DNA of 64,000 bases from Patescibacteria group bacterium (GCA_025999275.1 AP024680.1:684522-748521); one strand, 5' to 3'. Numbered from the stretch's first letter, positions 40,415 through 51,359 are shown. The notes: generated by a model not told the origin, from the sequence alone. A program made the numbers and translations.

Positions 40415-41635
40415 ATGGTTAAGTTAAGGGTTGTCATTCTTATTACAACTATAACAATAGTTGGAGTTTTTAGCTACCTCTTATCGCTTTACGCTCGCGG
40501 TTATCGATTTGATAACAAAAATTTGAAATTGACCCCAAACGGACTCCTTGTTGTTAAATCAAACCCAGAAGGAGCTCAGATTTTTATCAACCAAGAGCTA
40601 AAAGGAGCCACAAACGCAAATTTTAATCTCGCACCTGATACATACGATATCACTGTCAAGAAAGAAGGATATTCAAGTTGGAACAAAAGATTAACTATAA
40701 AAAAAGAAGAGGTAACAGAAGTAGATGCTCATCTTTTTAAAATTGCCCCTTCCCTTTCAGCCGTAACTTTTAACTCCTGTATTAACCCTCAAGCATCTCC
40801 CGACTCAACAAAAATTGCATTTATCGTACCCCCAACTCAAGAAAACATTGCTCAAGACAAAGAAGGTCTTTGGGTATTAGAGAATATTAATCTCCCGCTT
40901 GGCTTTTCCAGAGACCCAAGAAGAATAACAGATGGTGATCTAAAGGATTCAGACTGGATATGGTCACCTGACAGCAGACAGATCTTGCTTTTGACCCCAA
41001 GGGGAAAATTCTTACTTGATGTTAGCAACTTTACCCCCCAAGACAAAAGAGTAAATATCGCCAACAAAGCCGACCTATTAATTGAAGATTGGCAAAAGGA
41101 AGAAGAAAAGATATTAAAATCAAAGATTAAAAGTACGCCTGATAAAATTGCTGAAATACTTCAAAATTATGCAGAAAACATTACTTTTTCTCCTGATGAA
41201 ACAAAAGTTCTATACACCGCCACTGTCGATTACAAAATTCCCGATGAAATCATTAAACCCATACCAGGAGCTTCGACTCAAAAGCAAGAAAGAGATATCA
41301 GAAAAGGTAAAACTTATGTTTATGATATCAAAGAAGATCGAAATTTTTGGATAGCAGCTGAAGAACCAGATCTGCAAATAGATCAAAATGTTCCTAAAGA
41401 TAAAGAAGTAAAACAAAAAATAGTTTGGTTTGCGACATCAAGACATTTGATTTGGGCAAAAGAAGGAAAGATAATCATCATGGATTATGATGGCACAAAC
41501 AGACAAGAAGTCTATTCTGGAAGCTATTTTGCTCCTTTTGCCTTTCCTACTTTAAGTAACGACAGAATTCTGATTTTAACTAATCTTGGCGCCGACTCTC
41601 AAAACGCGAATTTATACTACCTCAATATAAAATAG
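40415..41635 (+). CDS. PEGA-domain, TolB-like propeller membrane-anchored protein
   Basis: TM, GLLVVKSNPEGAQIFIN..KKEGYSSW; SPD repeats. Confidence 0.85.
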   Translation: MVKLRVVILITTITIVGVFSYLLSLYARGYRFDNKNLKLTPNGLLVVKSNPEGAQIFINQELKGATNANFNLAPDTYDITVKKEGYSSWNKRLTIKKEEVTEVDAHLFKIAPSLSAVTFNSCINPQASPDSTKIAFIVPPTQENIAQDKEGLWVLENINLPLGFSRDPRRITDGDLKDSDWIWSPDSRQILLLTPRGKFLLDVSNFTPQDKRVNIANKADLLIEDWQKEEEKILKSKIKSTPDKIAEILQNYAENITFSPDETKVLYTATVDYKIPDEIIKPIPGASTQKQERDIRKGKTYVYDIKEDRNFWIAAEEPDLQIDQNVPKDKEVKQKIVWFATSRHLIWAKEGKIIIMDYDGTNRQEVYSGSYFAPFAFPTLSNDRILILTNLGADSQNANLYYLNIK

Positions 41636-41805
41636 TAACAAATAACAAGGGGGAAACGAATTGGAATTAGAATTTATGAATCAAGGAGTATAAATTTATG
41701 GGTAAATAATTCAAAATTTAGAATTCATAATTCATTTTCCCTCACTACTTTCTACATTCTACTTTCTACCATCTTCGCCTTCCCATACCCCTTAATTCAT
41801 AATTC

Positions 41806-43068
41806 TTAAATCCCAACTTCGATTTTATCCTGCGGTCCAATTAAAGCAATATTTAAACGATTCTCCTGAAAAATCTTTTTTGCCACATCATAAACATCAC
41901 TGACACTCACCTTGTCTATCGCTTCAAAAACTTCCTGCAATGTCCTTGGCTTGCCAAGATAAAGCTCTTCAAGAGCAAAAAATTCGCTCACCGTCGAGGT
42001 TGATTCAAGAGAAAGTGCGAGATTTCCTTTTAAATACTCCTTTGCTTTTGCAAATTCCTTGGCAGAAATTTTGTATCTCTTGTCTCTCAAGCCATAATAC
42101 TGATCAAGAATAACTTTGGCAGCCTCATTAACCTTATCAACCCTCACTCCTGCATAAGTAAGGAAGCTTCCCATATCAAAAGCGTGATCAGATGACGTTC
42201 TAACAGAATAAGCAAGTCCTCTTTTCTCTCTAACTTCAATGAACATCCTTGAGCTCATTCCCCCACCAAGAATTGTTGAAAGCAAAGCTTCAGCATATCG
42301 CCCTTCCCAACCATATTTTTCTCCTTTAAAGCCAATGACTAAATGTGTCTGATCAGTCTTTTTCTTTTTAATCAATACCTCAGGTTGTCCTTGAGTTAAC
42401 GATTCACAAATAAAATCAGGCTTCTTTCGAGAGGCTTCAAGACTACCAAAATACTTATTTGCAAGTTTTAACATTTCTTTCTCATAAAAACCTCCCGCAA
42501 TTGTCAAAAGCATATTTTCAGGATAATAATGTTTGTTTCTGTAATTGATGAAATCCTCGCGCTTCATCTTGCTTACTGTTTCTTTAGTGCCTGCAATATC
42601 GCGAGCAAGTGAAGACCCCTTAAAAACCAAGTTGTCAAAAACATCATAAATCTTAATCATGGGAGTATCTTCATACATAGCAATCTCCTCTAAAATCACA
42701 CCTTTCTCTTTTTCTATTTCTTCTTCTTTAAGAAGCGGGTTTAAGACAATGTCTGACAATATATCAAACGCCTTCTCAAGTATGTCAGAACGAGCACGAA
42801 TGTAAAAGTTTGTCCACTCCTTTGATGTCCCCGCATTGGTTTGAGCGCCAATAGAGTCAATTTCTTCAGAAACAGCCTTTGCAGAAGGGCGCCTCTTTGA
42901 TCCTTTAAAAACCATATGCTCCAAGAAGTGGCTGATTCCTGCTACTCTATCGCTTTCAAACCTTGAGCCAGTCTTAACCCAAATAGTAACCACAGCCGAT
43001 TCCAAAGCCGGCATCGGTGCCAAGATTACCCTCAAATTATTCTTTAAAATTTCCTTTTTATACTTCAT
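41806..43068 (-). CDS. M16 family zinc peptidase
   Basis: GISHFLEHMVFKGS (HxxEH), GGGMSSRMFIEVREKRGLAY. Confidence 0.95.
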   Translation of the reverse strand: MKYKKEILKNNLRVILAPMPALESAVVTIWVKTGSRFESDRVAGISHFLEHMVFKGSKRRPSAKAVSEEIDSIGAQTNAGTSKEWTNFYIRARSDILEKAFDILSDIVLNPLLKEEEIEKEKGVILEEIAMYEDTPMIKIYDVFDNLVFKGSSLARDIAGTKETVSKMKREDFINYRNKHYYPENMLLTIAGGFYEKEMLKLANKYFGSLEASRKKPDFICESLTQGQPEVLIKKKKTDQTHLVIGFKGEKYGWEGRYAEALLSTILGGGMSSRMFIEVREKRGLAYSVRTSSDHAFDMGSFLTYAGVRVDKVNEAAKVILDQYYGLRDKRYKISAKEFAKAKEYLKGNLALSLESTSTVSEFFALEELYLGKPRTLQEVFEAIDKVSVSDVYDVAKKIFQENRLNIALIGPQDKIEVGI

Positions 43069-43074
43069 ATCTAC

Positions 43075-43134
43075 TGACAAGGTCCGTCTTTGTCAAAAAC
43101 CAAGGCGAGAAACTGACAAGGACGGACCTTGTCA
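43075..43134. repeat. REP doublet (REPIN-like), 21+18+21 bp
   Basis: TGACAAGGTCCGTCTTTGTCA-18 nt-TGACAAGGACGGACCTTGTCA. Confidence 0.92.
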
Positions 43135-43161
43135 AGCGGCCTAACAACAGCCTAAGAAAAA

Positions 43162-44904
43162 TCACATTTTTTCAACCGCCTCTATACCCAAGATTCCAAG
43201 TCCTTTCTTTAAAACCAAAGAAACTGCCTCAGTCAATTTTAAACGTAGCTGTCTTTTTTTCAAGTCTTCTTCTTTCAAAATCGGATACTTATCATAAAAG
43301 CTGTTAAACTTCTGGCAAAGTTCAAAAAGAAAGTCACAAAGAAGATTTGGGGAAAATTCAAAAGCAGCCTTTTTTATCACCTCTTCAAAATGGAAAATAA
43401 ACCGCAAAAGAGACTTCTCATCCTCATTAACTTCAAAAGCACTCTTAAAATCAAATTTAAAACTACCCGCCTTTTTCAAAACACTAAAAGTGCGAGCAAA
43501 TGTGTATTGTAAATAAGGACCAGAATTGCCTTCAAGAGACAAGATCTTATTCCAATCAAAAACAATATCACTTTTAACCGAATGCTTTAAATCAAAATAC
43601 TTAATTGCTCCAATACCTACCTTCTCTGATACTTCCTCTATCTTGTCACTAGATAAATTTCTAGAAGTAGCAGAATTTGTAATAATCTCTTTGGCTTTTT
43701 TTATTGCCTCTTTTAAAACATCTTCCAAATTTACCACCCCACCCTTGCGAGTTGAAAATTTATGTCCTGATTGGTCCAAATAAAGACCATGTTGAGTGTG
43801 ATAAAGGATAACATCTTCAGGAACAATTCCAAGCTTGCGGCTAGCAGCAAAAACCTGCTTAAAATGAAGCGTCTGCTCCTGACCCACCTCATAAATAACA
43901 ATATCGGCAGAAAATCTCCGCATCCTAAAGCGAAGACAAGCCAAATCGCGAGTGGCATAGGTAGTCGCCCCATCACTTTTTAAAACCATCAAAGGCGTTT
44001 TTATTCCAAACTCATCAAGTCTAATTATTTTTGCCCCAGCTTCCCCTTCCTCAAGATTCTCAATAAGTTTTTTATCTTTAAGAAGCGCCTTCATTTCATC
44101 CTCGTAGTAGCTCTCCCCCAGAACAAAATCAAAAGAAACACCAAGAAGTTTGTAAATCCGTTCAAATTCTTCTAAAGAGATTTTCCGACAAGTCTGCCAA
44201 ATTTTTCTTGCCTTGGGATCACCATCCTCAAGTTTTTTAAACCAAAAACGAGCCTGATCTTGCAATTTGGGATCTTCTTTTGCTTTGCGATTAAACTCAA
44301 CATACATCTCCTCAAGTTTCTCAACCGTCAAACTATCCAAGCTAACATTTGAATTGATAATCTCGCAAATTAAAGCGCCAAACTGAGAACCCCAATCACC
44401 CAAGTGGTTGTCACCAATTACTCTATAACCTAAAAATGAATAAAGATTGTAAAGAGCCTGACCAATTATGGTAGAACGCAAATGGCCAATTGAAAAATTC
44501 TTGGCGATATTGGGAGAAGAATAATCAATTACAACAGTCTTTCCCCTACCAATATTCTTGTTTTTATATGTATCCAAATATCTCAAATTATAAATTAGAG
44601 TATCTTCTTTAAGCCAAAAGTTTATAAAACCCGGCCTTTTTACCTCAATTTTACCAACAAACTGCATCAGATCTTTACTTTTTTCAAGAAAAGAAGCTAT
44701 AGATAAGGCTAAATCCTGAGGGCTTTTGCCTTTTTCTATTTCCTTTGGCAATCTTGAAAATAGATTCTTGTCGCCAAATGCCCTCATGGCAATATTGGTT
44801 GTATAATCACCAAAATTCTGATTTTCAGGAATCTCGACAGAAAGATCGTCCCTTTCAAGTCCAAGAAGAGAAACTAAAATATCTTTCAGTCTATCATCTA
44901 ACAT
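43162..44904 (-). CDS. argS: Arginine--tRNA ligase
   Basis: DYSSPNIAK..IGHLRSTIIG, NHLGDWG, KSDG.TTYATRDLA, GPYLQY, C-terminal EKM. Confidence 0.97.
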   Translation of the reverse strand: MLDDRLKDILVSLLGLERDDLSVEIPENQNFGDYTTNIAMRAFGDKNLFSRLPKEIEKGKSPQDLALSIASFLEKSKDLMQFVGKIEVKRPGFINFWLKEDTLIYNLRYLDTYKNKNIGRGKTVVIDYSSPNIAKNFSIGHLRSTIIGQALYNLYSFLGYRVIGDNHLGDWGSQFGALICEIINSNVSLDSLTVEKLEEMYVEFNRKAKEDPKLQDQARFWFKKLEDGDPKARKIWQTCRKISLEEFERIYKLLGVSFDFVLGESYYEDEMKALLKDKKLIENLEEGEAGAKIIRLDEFGIKTPLMVLKSDGATTYATRDLACLRFRMRRFSADIVIYEVGQEQTLHFKQVFAASRKLGIVPEDVILYHTQHGLYLDQSGHKFSTRKGGVVNLEDVLKEAIKKAKEIITNSATSRNLSSDKIEEVSEKVGIGAIKYFDLKHSVKSDIVFDWNKILSLEGNSGPYLQYTFARTFSVLKKAGSFKFDFKSAFEVNEDEKSLLRFIFHFEEVIKKAAFEFSPNLLCDFLFELCQKFNSFYDKYPILKEEDLKKRQLRLKLTEAVSLVLKKGLGILGIEAVEKM

Positions 44905-44934
44905 ACATCAATTATAACCTCTCTAGAAATTATT

Positions 44935-45858
44935 TCATCTCTTAATTTTCCACTCCTTACCATCTGAAATGACTTCTACATCACCCATCTGGTCAGTTCT
45001 AAAAACTGAAACTCCAAAGGAAGAAAGCATATTTAAAATTTCAGGGTTTGGATGTCCATAAGAATTCTTGCCTACTGATATTACAGCCACTTTAGGCTTC
45101 AATAATTCCAGCAAATCTTGCGTTAATCCATTTTTACTGCCGTGATGAGGCACTTTGATATATTCGACTAAACCATCTTCAAGCGTTGGCAAGGCTGTTT
45201 CAAGACTAGTCTTAACCTCATCGGAAATTGCAGGAGTGGTGTCTCCAGAAAGCCAGGCGTCAAATTCACCAAAACTAAGAATAAGGTTAATCGAGAACTC
45301 ATTTGCCTGTATTTTGGTAGTTCTTGCCCCAAGCACTGATATATTTTGATTATCATTTTCCTTTTCTTTGACAAGCGTATTGTCGGCCAAAAACTGATTT
45401 GAAGGGTGAAGTATAACAAAATGCATCATACCCAACCTGATAAATTTGCCTTCATCCGGAAATATAACCTTTACACCCCCACTCCCCACCTGATTTTTTA
45501 GCAATTGATATTCTTGACTGCTAGAATCAAGCGAGGAAACCAAAAATGAATCTACTTTATACCTCCTAAAAACTTCCAAAAGCCCTCCATAGTGATCTTT
45601 TTCAGGATGGGTCAAAACCACAAGCTCAATTTTCCTGTCCCAAAACGGCATATGAGAAGAAAGACAATCCAAAATCTTACTTGTCGGCCCGCCATCAATC
45701 AAAACCTGAGTATCTTTATAATAAGCAAGAATTCCATCCCCCTGCCCCACATCGCAAGCCACCAGATGAAAATAATTATCAGGAAGCGAAAAAACCAAAA
45801 GCCAAACTAAAGAGGCAACAAGAAAAAGACAGAAAAGAAAAAACCTTGTCTTACTCAT
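44935..45858 (-). CDS. ComEC-type metallo-beta-lactamase domain protein
   Basis: DVGQGD, LIDGG, THPEKDHYGG, KVPHHGS, ISVGKNSYGHP. Confidence 0.92.
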   Translation of the reverse strand: MSKTRFFLFCLFLVASLVWLLVFSLPDNYFHLVACDVGQGDGILAYYKDTQVLIDGGPTSKILDCLSSHMPFWDRKIELVVLTHPEKDHYGGLLEVFRRYKVDSFLVSSLDSSSQEYQLLKNQVGSGGVKVIFPDEGKFIRLGMMHFVILHPSNQFLADNTLVKEKENDNQNISVLGARTTKIQANEFSINLILSFGEFDAWLSGDTTPAISDEVKTSLETALPTLEDGLVEYIKVPHHGSKNGLTQDLLELLKPKVAVISVGKNSYGHPNPEILNMLSSFGVSVFRTDQMGDVEVISDGKEWKIKR

Positions 45859-46928
45859 AAGCGGGCAAATAAAGAAACTACACTAATAAAAAAATAAGTC
45901 AAAGGATAAGTCAAAAGAAGCAATATTCTTGCCAATAAAGGAGATAAAAATACAAAAACAGAGGAAATCATACCCAAAACGGTAATATAAGGTACAACCC
46001 ACAACACTAGACCATTGATAATTGGAGACCATATCGAAAAGTATCCAAATGTAAAATAAAGTATCGGCGCTACCAAAATTTGAGCCGAGAGTGAGGTTGA
46101 AAAACCTTCTCTTAAAAATTTGGGTATAAACTTTAACTTATTATCAATCTTCCTCCCAAACAAAATCAAAGATAGTGTAGCAGCAAAAGAAAGAATAAAG
46201 CCAACATCAAAAATATAATAGGGATTAAAAACAAGCATTATAAAGAAAGTATAAAACAAAGCCTTCAGGGCAAAACTCATCCGACCAAAAATTACCGCAG
46301 AAAAACTAATAGTTGCCATAAGACAAGCGCGAATAATTGGAGCATCAAAACCAGATAAAAATGCATAAAACCAGATAAAAACAAGCGAGATAATCAAGGC
46401 AACAGGCCTTCTAACAAAAAGAATCAAAAAAGAGATCAAAAAACCAGCAACTAAGGTAACATTCATACCGGAGGCAACAACTACATGAGCAGTGCCAGTT
46501 TTTTTAAGTTCATCCCAAAACCAAGAAGGAAGAGATGATTTTGACCCCAAAACCATTCCGGCAACCAAAGAAGAATGCGGCTCCGGCAAAACCGACTGAT
46601 AAAAGTTTAAAATTTTCTCTCTTATCCCAAACAAAAAGCCACCTTTTTTAATTTCAATTAGTTTGGTATCCTCAAGAGTCTTCTTTTTAAGATTTACCCT
46701 CCCCTCAAGTGTGACAATATCTCCATAATTGGCAGAAGGAAAAGACGGCAAATAGGCTTTAAGCCCTAGAATTTTTATTTGCTGGCTCTTTTCAAAAACC
46801 AAAGGCTCGCTTTTTATTCTTTCTTGATTAATTCTTATTCTAGATCCATCAATAAAATTAGGTCGAAGTTGGTAAGCTCGAAAAACAATCAAAACAATCA
46901 ACAAAACCCACAAAACCATCTTGGACAT
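45855..46928 (-). CDS. comEC: ComEC/Rec2 competence channel domain
   Basis: GTAHVVVASGMNV, PIIRACLM, DVGFILSF; multiple TMs; ATG 46928 preferred. Confidence 0.9.
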   Translation of the reverse strand: MSKMVLWVLLIVLIVFRAYQLRPNFIDGSRIRINQERIKSEPLVFEKSQQIKILGLKAYLPSFPSANYGDIVTLEGRVNLKKKTLEDTKLIEIKKGGFLFGIREKILNFYQSVLPEPHSSLVAGMVLGSKSSLPSWFWDELKKTGTAHVVVASGMNVTLVAGFLISFLILFVRRPVALIISLVFIWFYAFLSGFDAPIIRACLMATISFSAVIFGRMSFALKALFYTFFIMLVFNPYYIFDVGFILSFAATLSLILFGRKIDNKLKFIPKFLREGFSTSLSAQILVAPILYFTFGYFSIWSPIINGLVLWVVPYITVLGMISSVFVFLSPLLARILLLLTYPLTYFFISVVSLFARL

Positions 46929-46959
46929 ACAATTTAAGTGTAAAGAGAAATTGAGGTAA

Positions 46960-47180
46960 TGGTCAATGATCAATGATCGATGGTTGATGTAACTGGACAC
47001 CTTAACTGGACACCTTCAATATGTACCAGCTTAACACCTGGAACAATAGACAAGCTGATGACCGATGGCTGATGACCGGTAGCTGATGACCGATGGCTGA
47101 TGACCGGTAGCTGATGACCGATGGCTGATGCCTGATACTGATAGCTAATGTCTGACAGCCGACAGCCGATAGCTGACATC
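46960..47180. repeat. Heptamer-based tandem array between comEA and comEC
   Basis: (gctgatg accgatg gctgatg accggta)n with 7/14/28-nt periodicity; preceded by ctggacacctt twice, related to the 52175 element end. Confidence 0.85.
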
Positions 47181-47191
47181 CTTTTACTCCG

Positions 47192-47854
47192 CTACCACAC
47201 CGTTATCTTATCCTTTATTTTTTCGTAAGTTGATTGGGGTATAACCTTCTTGGATACTAATTCTTCCAAATTTGAGTAAGGCCTTTGTTCAATAATCTTT
47301 TGGGCGTAAACTTGGCCAATTCCTGGCAAAGAATCAAGCTCTTTGGCACTTGCAGTGTTAATATTTATCAAACCCCCATTTTTATCACCCAAAACGCTTG
47401 ATATATTTTGATACCCTCCATTTTTATTAGCACTCAGGCTATTTGATTGCTTATCTGGAATAAAAATCTTTTGTCCATCAGTTAATTTTGCCGCCCGATT
47501 TAGCATCTTCTCCACCCAATCTCTGTCAGCATCAGCTGAAAGACCACCAGCTAAAATCAGCGCGTCTTCAACCCTTGCTCCAGTTTCCAACTTATAAACA
47601 CCAGGCTTCTCAACCGCACCAGCAACCTCAACCACCAATTCTTTTTGTTTTTGTTCAACAGGGCTTTCTAAAACTTCAACCTTTGAACTTGAATAGCCTC
47701 TTGTTCCTAAAAAGAAAGCGCCAATGCCAGCAAAAATAAGCCCAAGAAGAACAAAAATAATCAAAGATCGATTGCTATTAAAAAATTTATCTAAATCAAA
47801 GCCTCTACCCTCTTTTTCATTGCCAAAATCAATAATCTCAAGGCTTTCAGGCAT
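47192..47854 (-). CDS. comEA: ComEA DNA receptor
   Basis: TM, SLBB domain (VAGAVEKPGVY), HhH (ININTAS.KELDSLPGIG). Confidence 0.93.
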   Translation of the reverse strand: MPESLEIIDFGNEKEGRGFDLDKFFNSNRSLIIFVLLGLIFAGIGAFFLGTRGYSSSKVEVLESPVEQKQKELVVEVAGAVEKPGVYKLETGARVEDALILAGGLSADADRDWVEKMLNRAAKLTDGQKIFIPDKQSNSLSANKNGGYQNISSVLGDKNGGLININTASAKELDSLPGIGQVYAQKIIEQRPYSNLEELVSKKVIPQSTYEKIKDKITVW

Positions 47855-47923
47855 TAAAAAAATAATATCAAGAAGAAATTAAAAACTCAAAAAAGATTTT
47901 GTTCCAAAAGAAAACTAGAAAAC

Positions 47924-50455
47924 TCAAATAGTAACAAAGTTCAAAAGCTTGGCAGGAACAAATATCGTCTTCTTAATTTTGCCACTGCCAAGCCATTTGG
48001 AGATTTTCTCGTCTGATTTTGCCATCTCAACTACTTTGTCTTCATCTTTCGCCTGCTCAAAAGGAAGTTCAACGATACCTCTTAACTTTCCATTAACCTG
48101 AACAGGAATTTTAACGGTCTCTTCAACCACCAAAGCTGGGTTATATTTTGGCCAAGGTTCAAAATGAACACTCTTGAATTCTTCTCCCTTTGCAAATCTC
48201 ATCTGCCAAACCTCCTCTGCCAAGTGAGGTGCAAAAGGAGCAAGCATCAAAACCAGATTCTTTATCGCCTCATCCCAAACCTTATCATCCCCACCTTTAA
48301 AGGAGGCTCCCTTAAAGTTCTCAAGAGAGTTAACAAAAATCATAATCTGAGCTATAGCAGTATTGTATCTAAAAGACTCTATATCCTCAGTTACTTTCTT
48401 TATAGTCTGATTCATTTTAATCTTAATCTCCCTAGCCTCTTTTTCTCCCAATTCAACACTACCACTCTCAAACAGCTTCCAAAGTCTCTCAACAAATCTT
48501 CTCATGCCCTCAATTCCCTCGTCACGAAAATCAGGATATCCATCCATCGGCCCCATAAACATCAAGTAAAGTCTCAGTGTATCAGCGCCATATTTTTCAA
48601 TGTAACTGTCGGGGTTAACCACATTGCCACGAGACTTGCTCATTTTTGCCCCATCTTTAATCATCAATCCATGAGCAAAAAAGCGAGGAAAGGGCTCGTC
48701 AAAAGAGACCAAGCCCAAATCATAAAGAACCATAGTAATAAACCTTGCATACATCAAATGCAAAACTGAATGCTCCGCCCCACCAAAATAAAGATCAACA
48801 GGAAGCCATTTTTCAGTAATCTCAGGATCAAACGGCTTGTCATCTATTCCAACTGAAGGATAACGCAGGAAGTACCAAGAACTATCCAAAAAGGTATCAG
48901 AAACATCAGTTTCGCGAATAGCATCACCACCACAATGGGGACACTTTGTCTTGTAAAACTCCGGATGGTTTGCCAAAGGCCCCTTGCCAGATCCTTCAGG
49001 TTTCCAATCAGAAAGTTCAGGAAGAAGAACAGGTAGATCCTTCTCGTCAACAGGCCACCAGCCAGCTGGATCCCAATCAGACTGATCTTTTCTGATAACT
49101 TTTGCATCACCTTTAAAGATTGAATCTTTAAAGTAGGAGAGGCCTTTTTCGGCACAAGACTGACAATAAACCAAAGGAATTGGAGGCCCCCAATAGCGCT
49201 GACGCGAAATCAGCCAATCACGAAGGTGATAATTAACTTCCCTTTTCCCCCAACCATTCTTTTCCAAATCAGACAAAATAAACTCTATGTCATCAGGATA
49301 TTTCTTGCCATTCCAATTGCCAGAATTAATAATCTCCCCCTCCCCGTCATAAGCTGACTTTGAATAATCGTTATTTGAAGAAATAACAGGAACAATCTGT
49401 AAATGGTATTTACTGGCAAACTCCCAATCTCTTTGATCATGTGCCGGCACACCCATTACCACCCCTGTTCCATAATCATCTAAAACATAATCAGCTACAA
49501 AAACAGGTAAAGAAGCCCCACTTGCCGGATTTTTAGCCAGAAGACCAAGGAAAACACCTGTTTTGTCTTTTCCCTCTTCCCCCCGCTTTTTTTCAGCCTC
49601 AGAAATATAATTCTTAACCTCATCAAGCCTTTGTGAGTCCACAAATTCCAACAAATTTTTCTTAACAAAAGATGGAGAAACAACTATAAAAGTAGTTCCA
49701 TATAAAGTATCAGGCCGAGTTGTAAAAACTTCAAGCTCAAAATTATGATTTTCAAGGGCAAATTTTATTCTTGCTCCCTCTTTTTTGCCAATCCAGTTTC
49801 TCTGGGCAACTATAACCCTCTCACTCCAGTCTATCTTTTTATGACCTTCAAGTAAGCGGTCTGCATAATCTGTAATCCTAAAAAACCATTGCTTCAAACT
49901 TTTCTTCTCAACTTGGCTGTCACAACGCTCGCAAAGACCACCTATAACCTGTTCATCGGCAATTACAGTTTTACAGGAAGGACAAAAATTAACTTCGGCC
50001 TCTTTTTGATAAGCAAGTCCTGCCTTAAAAAGCTGCAAGAATAACCACTGGGTAAAGCGATAATAGTTGGGTTCAGAAACCGTAACCGTCTTTGTCCAAT
50101 CATAACCATGACCAAGTTTTTTGAGCTGAAATTCGTAGTGTTTAGTGGTTCTATCAAGCATCTTTTTGGGATGCTCACCAATCTTTAAAGCATAATTCTC
50201 ACTATGAATTCCAAAAGAATCATAACCAATAGGCTGAAAAACATCCTTGCCATGCATTCTCATAAAACGGCCGTAGATATCAGAACCTGTTGAAGCAAAT
50301 GCATGACCTGCATGAAGACCCTCAGCTGAAGGATATGGATACATCCAAAGATTATAAAAAGGATTTTTGGCATTCTTGATGTCAGGACTGTAAATTTTTT
50401 CATCAAGCCACTTTTTCTGCCACTTTTGTTCTATCTTTTGGTGATCGTATTTCAT
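47924..50455 (-). CDS. leuS: Leucine--tRNA ligase
   Basis: PYPSAEGLHAGH, FTTRPDT, GVPAHDQRD, DWLISRQRYWG, KMSKS, VQVNGKLRG. Confidence 0.98.
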   Translation of the reverse strand: MKYDHQKIEQKWQKKWLDEKIYSPDIKNAKNPFYNLWMYPYPSAEGLHAGHAFASTGSDIYGRFMRMHGKDVFQPIGYDSFGIHSENYALKIGEHPKKMLDRTTKHYEFQLKKLGHGYDWTKTVTVSEPNYYRFTQWLFLQLFKAGLAYQKEAEVNFCPSCKTVIADEQVIGGLCERCDSQVEKKSLKQWFFRITDYADRLLEGHKKIDWSERVIVAQRNWIGKKEGARIKFALENHNFELEVFTTRPDTLYGTTFIVVSPSFVKKNLLEFVDSQRLDEVKNYISEAEKKRGEEGKDKTGVFLGLLAKNPASGASLPVFVADYVLDDYGTGVVMGVPAHDQRDWEFASKYHLQIVPVISSNNDYSKSAYDGEGEIINSGNWNGKKYPDDIEFILSDLEKNGWGKREVNYHLRDWLISRQRYWGPPIPLVYCQSCAEKGLSYFKDSIFKGDAKVIRKDQSDWDPAGWWPVDEKDLPVLLPELSDWKPEGSGKGPLANHPEFYKTKCPHCGGDAIRETDVSDTFLDSSWYFLRYPSVGIDDKPFDPEITEKWLPVDLYFGGAEHSVLHLMYARFITMVLYDLGLVSFDEPFPRFFAHGLMIKDGAKMSKSRGNVVNPDSYIEKYGADTLRLYLMFMGPMDGYPDFRDEGIEGMRRFVERLWKLFESGSVELGEKEAREIKIKMNQTIKKVTEDIESFRYNTAIAQIMIFVNSLENFKGASFKGGDDKVWDEAIKNLVLMLAPFAPHLAEEVWQMRFAKGEEFKSVHFEPWPKYNPALVVEETVKIPVQVNGKLRGIVELPFEQAKDEDKVVEMAKSDEKISKWLGSGKIKKTIFVPAKLLNFVTI

Positions 50456-50507
50456 AAGAGTAAATTTTACCACAACAAATACCTTAAAAAAACAACACCA
50501 AAACTAC

Positions 50508-50567
50508 TGACAAGGTCCGTCTCTGTCAATTTACCAACTCGATTTTTGACAAGGACGGACCTTGTCA
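50508..50567. repeat. REP doublet (REPIN-like), 21+18+21 bp
   Basis: TGACAAGGTCCGTCTCTGTCA-18 nt-TGACAAGGACGGACCTTGTCA. Confidence 0.92.
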
Positions 50568-50636
50568 GGTAAACACTTTCAGGTAAACACTTTAAACACT
50601 TTGCAGAAAAGAAGAAAAATGTTATAAACTAAGACA

Positions 50637-51359
50637 ATGTCCGAAAACACCGAAAGAAGAATAATTCAAACACTGCTTATACTCCTGGCTGTAAGTATTT
50701 CTTTTATCTTGGGTAAGGGCATACCCCAATTTACACTCCAAGTCATTGCCTTTCTTATTGCCTGCTATATAGCCTCCCATTTTCTCTCGCGCAAAATAAA
50801 GTTTATAAGAAACAACAAGACAATTATTGATTTTTTGCTTATCACCCTTGCTGTTTACACAATAATATTTTCAACCGGTGATCTCTTCTCACCGGCATTT
50901 TTCCTAATTCACTTTCTACTCTTTGGAGTTACTCTCCTTTTCGAGCCATTTTCAGCCTTACTACTTGCTACCATATCAACTGTTTTTTTCCTTCTTACCC
51001 CCCAAAAAGGCTTCTGGCTTGAAGCAATTCAACTTGGATCGATATTTTTAATTTCCCCTCTAGCCTTAATCTTTGGCAACCAATATTTAAAACTTCAGGA
51101 AAAAGAAACTGAAATAGAAATACTTAAAAAAGAAGAAAAGATTTTAGCCTCGGAAGTTGTCTCTCAAGAAAAAGCTGTTCGGGAATGGGCATTTGGAGAA
51201 TTTCGAAATCAACTTATTAAAATCTGGGAAAACTTGGAAAAAATCTCAAGAAGAGAAAACTTAACAAAAGGAAGTCAACAAAAATTAACTGAAATTTCAA
51301 ACCAACTTTCAAACTTGTTAAAAAGTGCGCAAACACTTGAGAGAAAGATATCAAAATAG
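50637..51359 (+). CDS. Multi-pass membrane protein with coiled-coil tail
   Basis: About 5-6 TMs, TGDLFSPAFFL (sensor-membrane-like), charged C-terminus. Confidence 0.75.
   Translation: MSENTERRIIQTLLILLAVSISFILGKGIPQFTLQVIAFLIACYIASHFLSRKIKFIRNNKTIIDFLLITLAVYTIIFSTGDLFSPAFFLIHFLLFGVTLLFEPFSALLLATISTVFFLLTPQKGFWLEAIQLGSIFLISPLALIFGNQYLKLQEKETEIEILKKEEKILASEVVSQEKAVREWAFGEFRNQLIKIWENLEKISRRENLTKGSQQKLTEISNQLSNLLKSAQTLERKISK

Noticed and set aside
47054-47180. Periodic repeats as a CRISPR array
   Set aside because: Contiguous 7/14/28-nt units with no unique spacers, and no cas genes in the window
44935-47854. Split comEC as a novelty
   Set aside because: Separate competence and MBL-domain genes are a common arrangement
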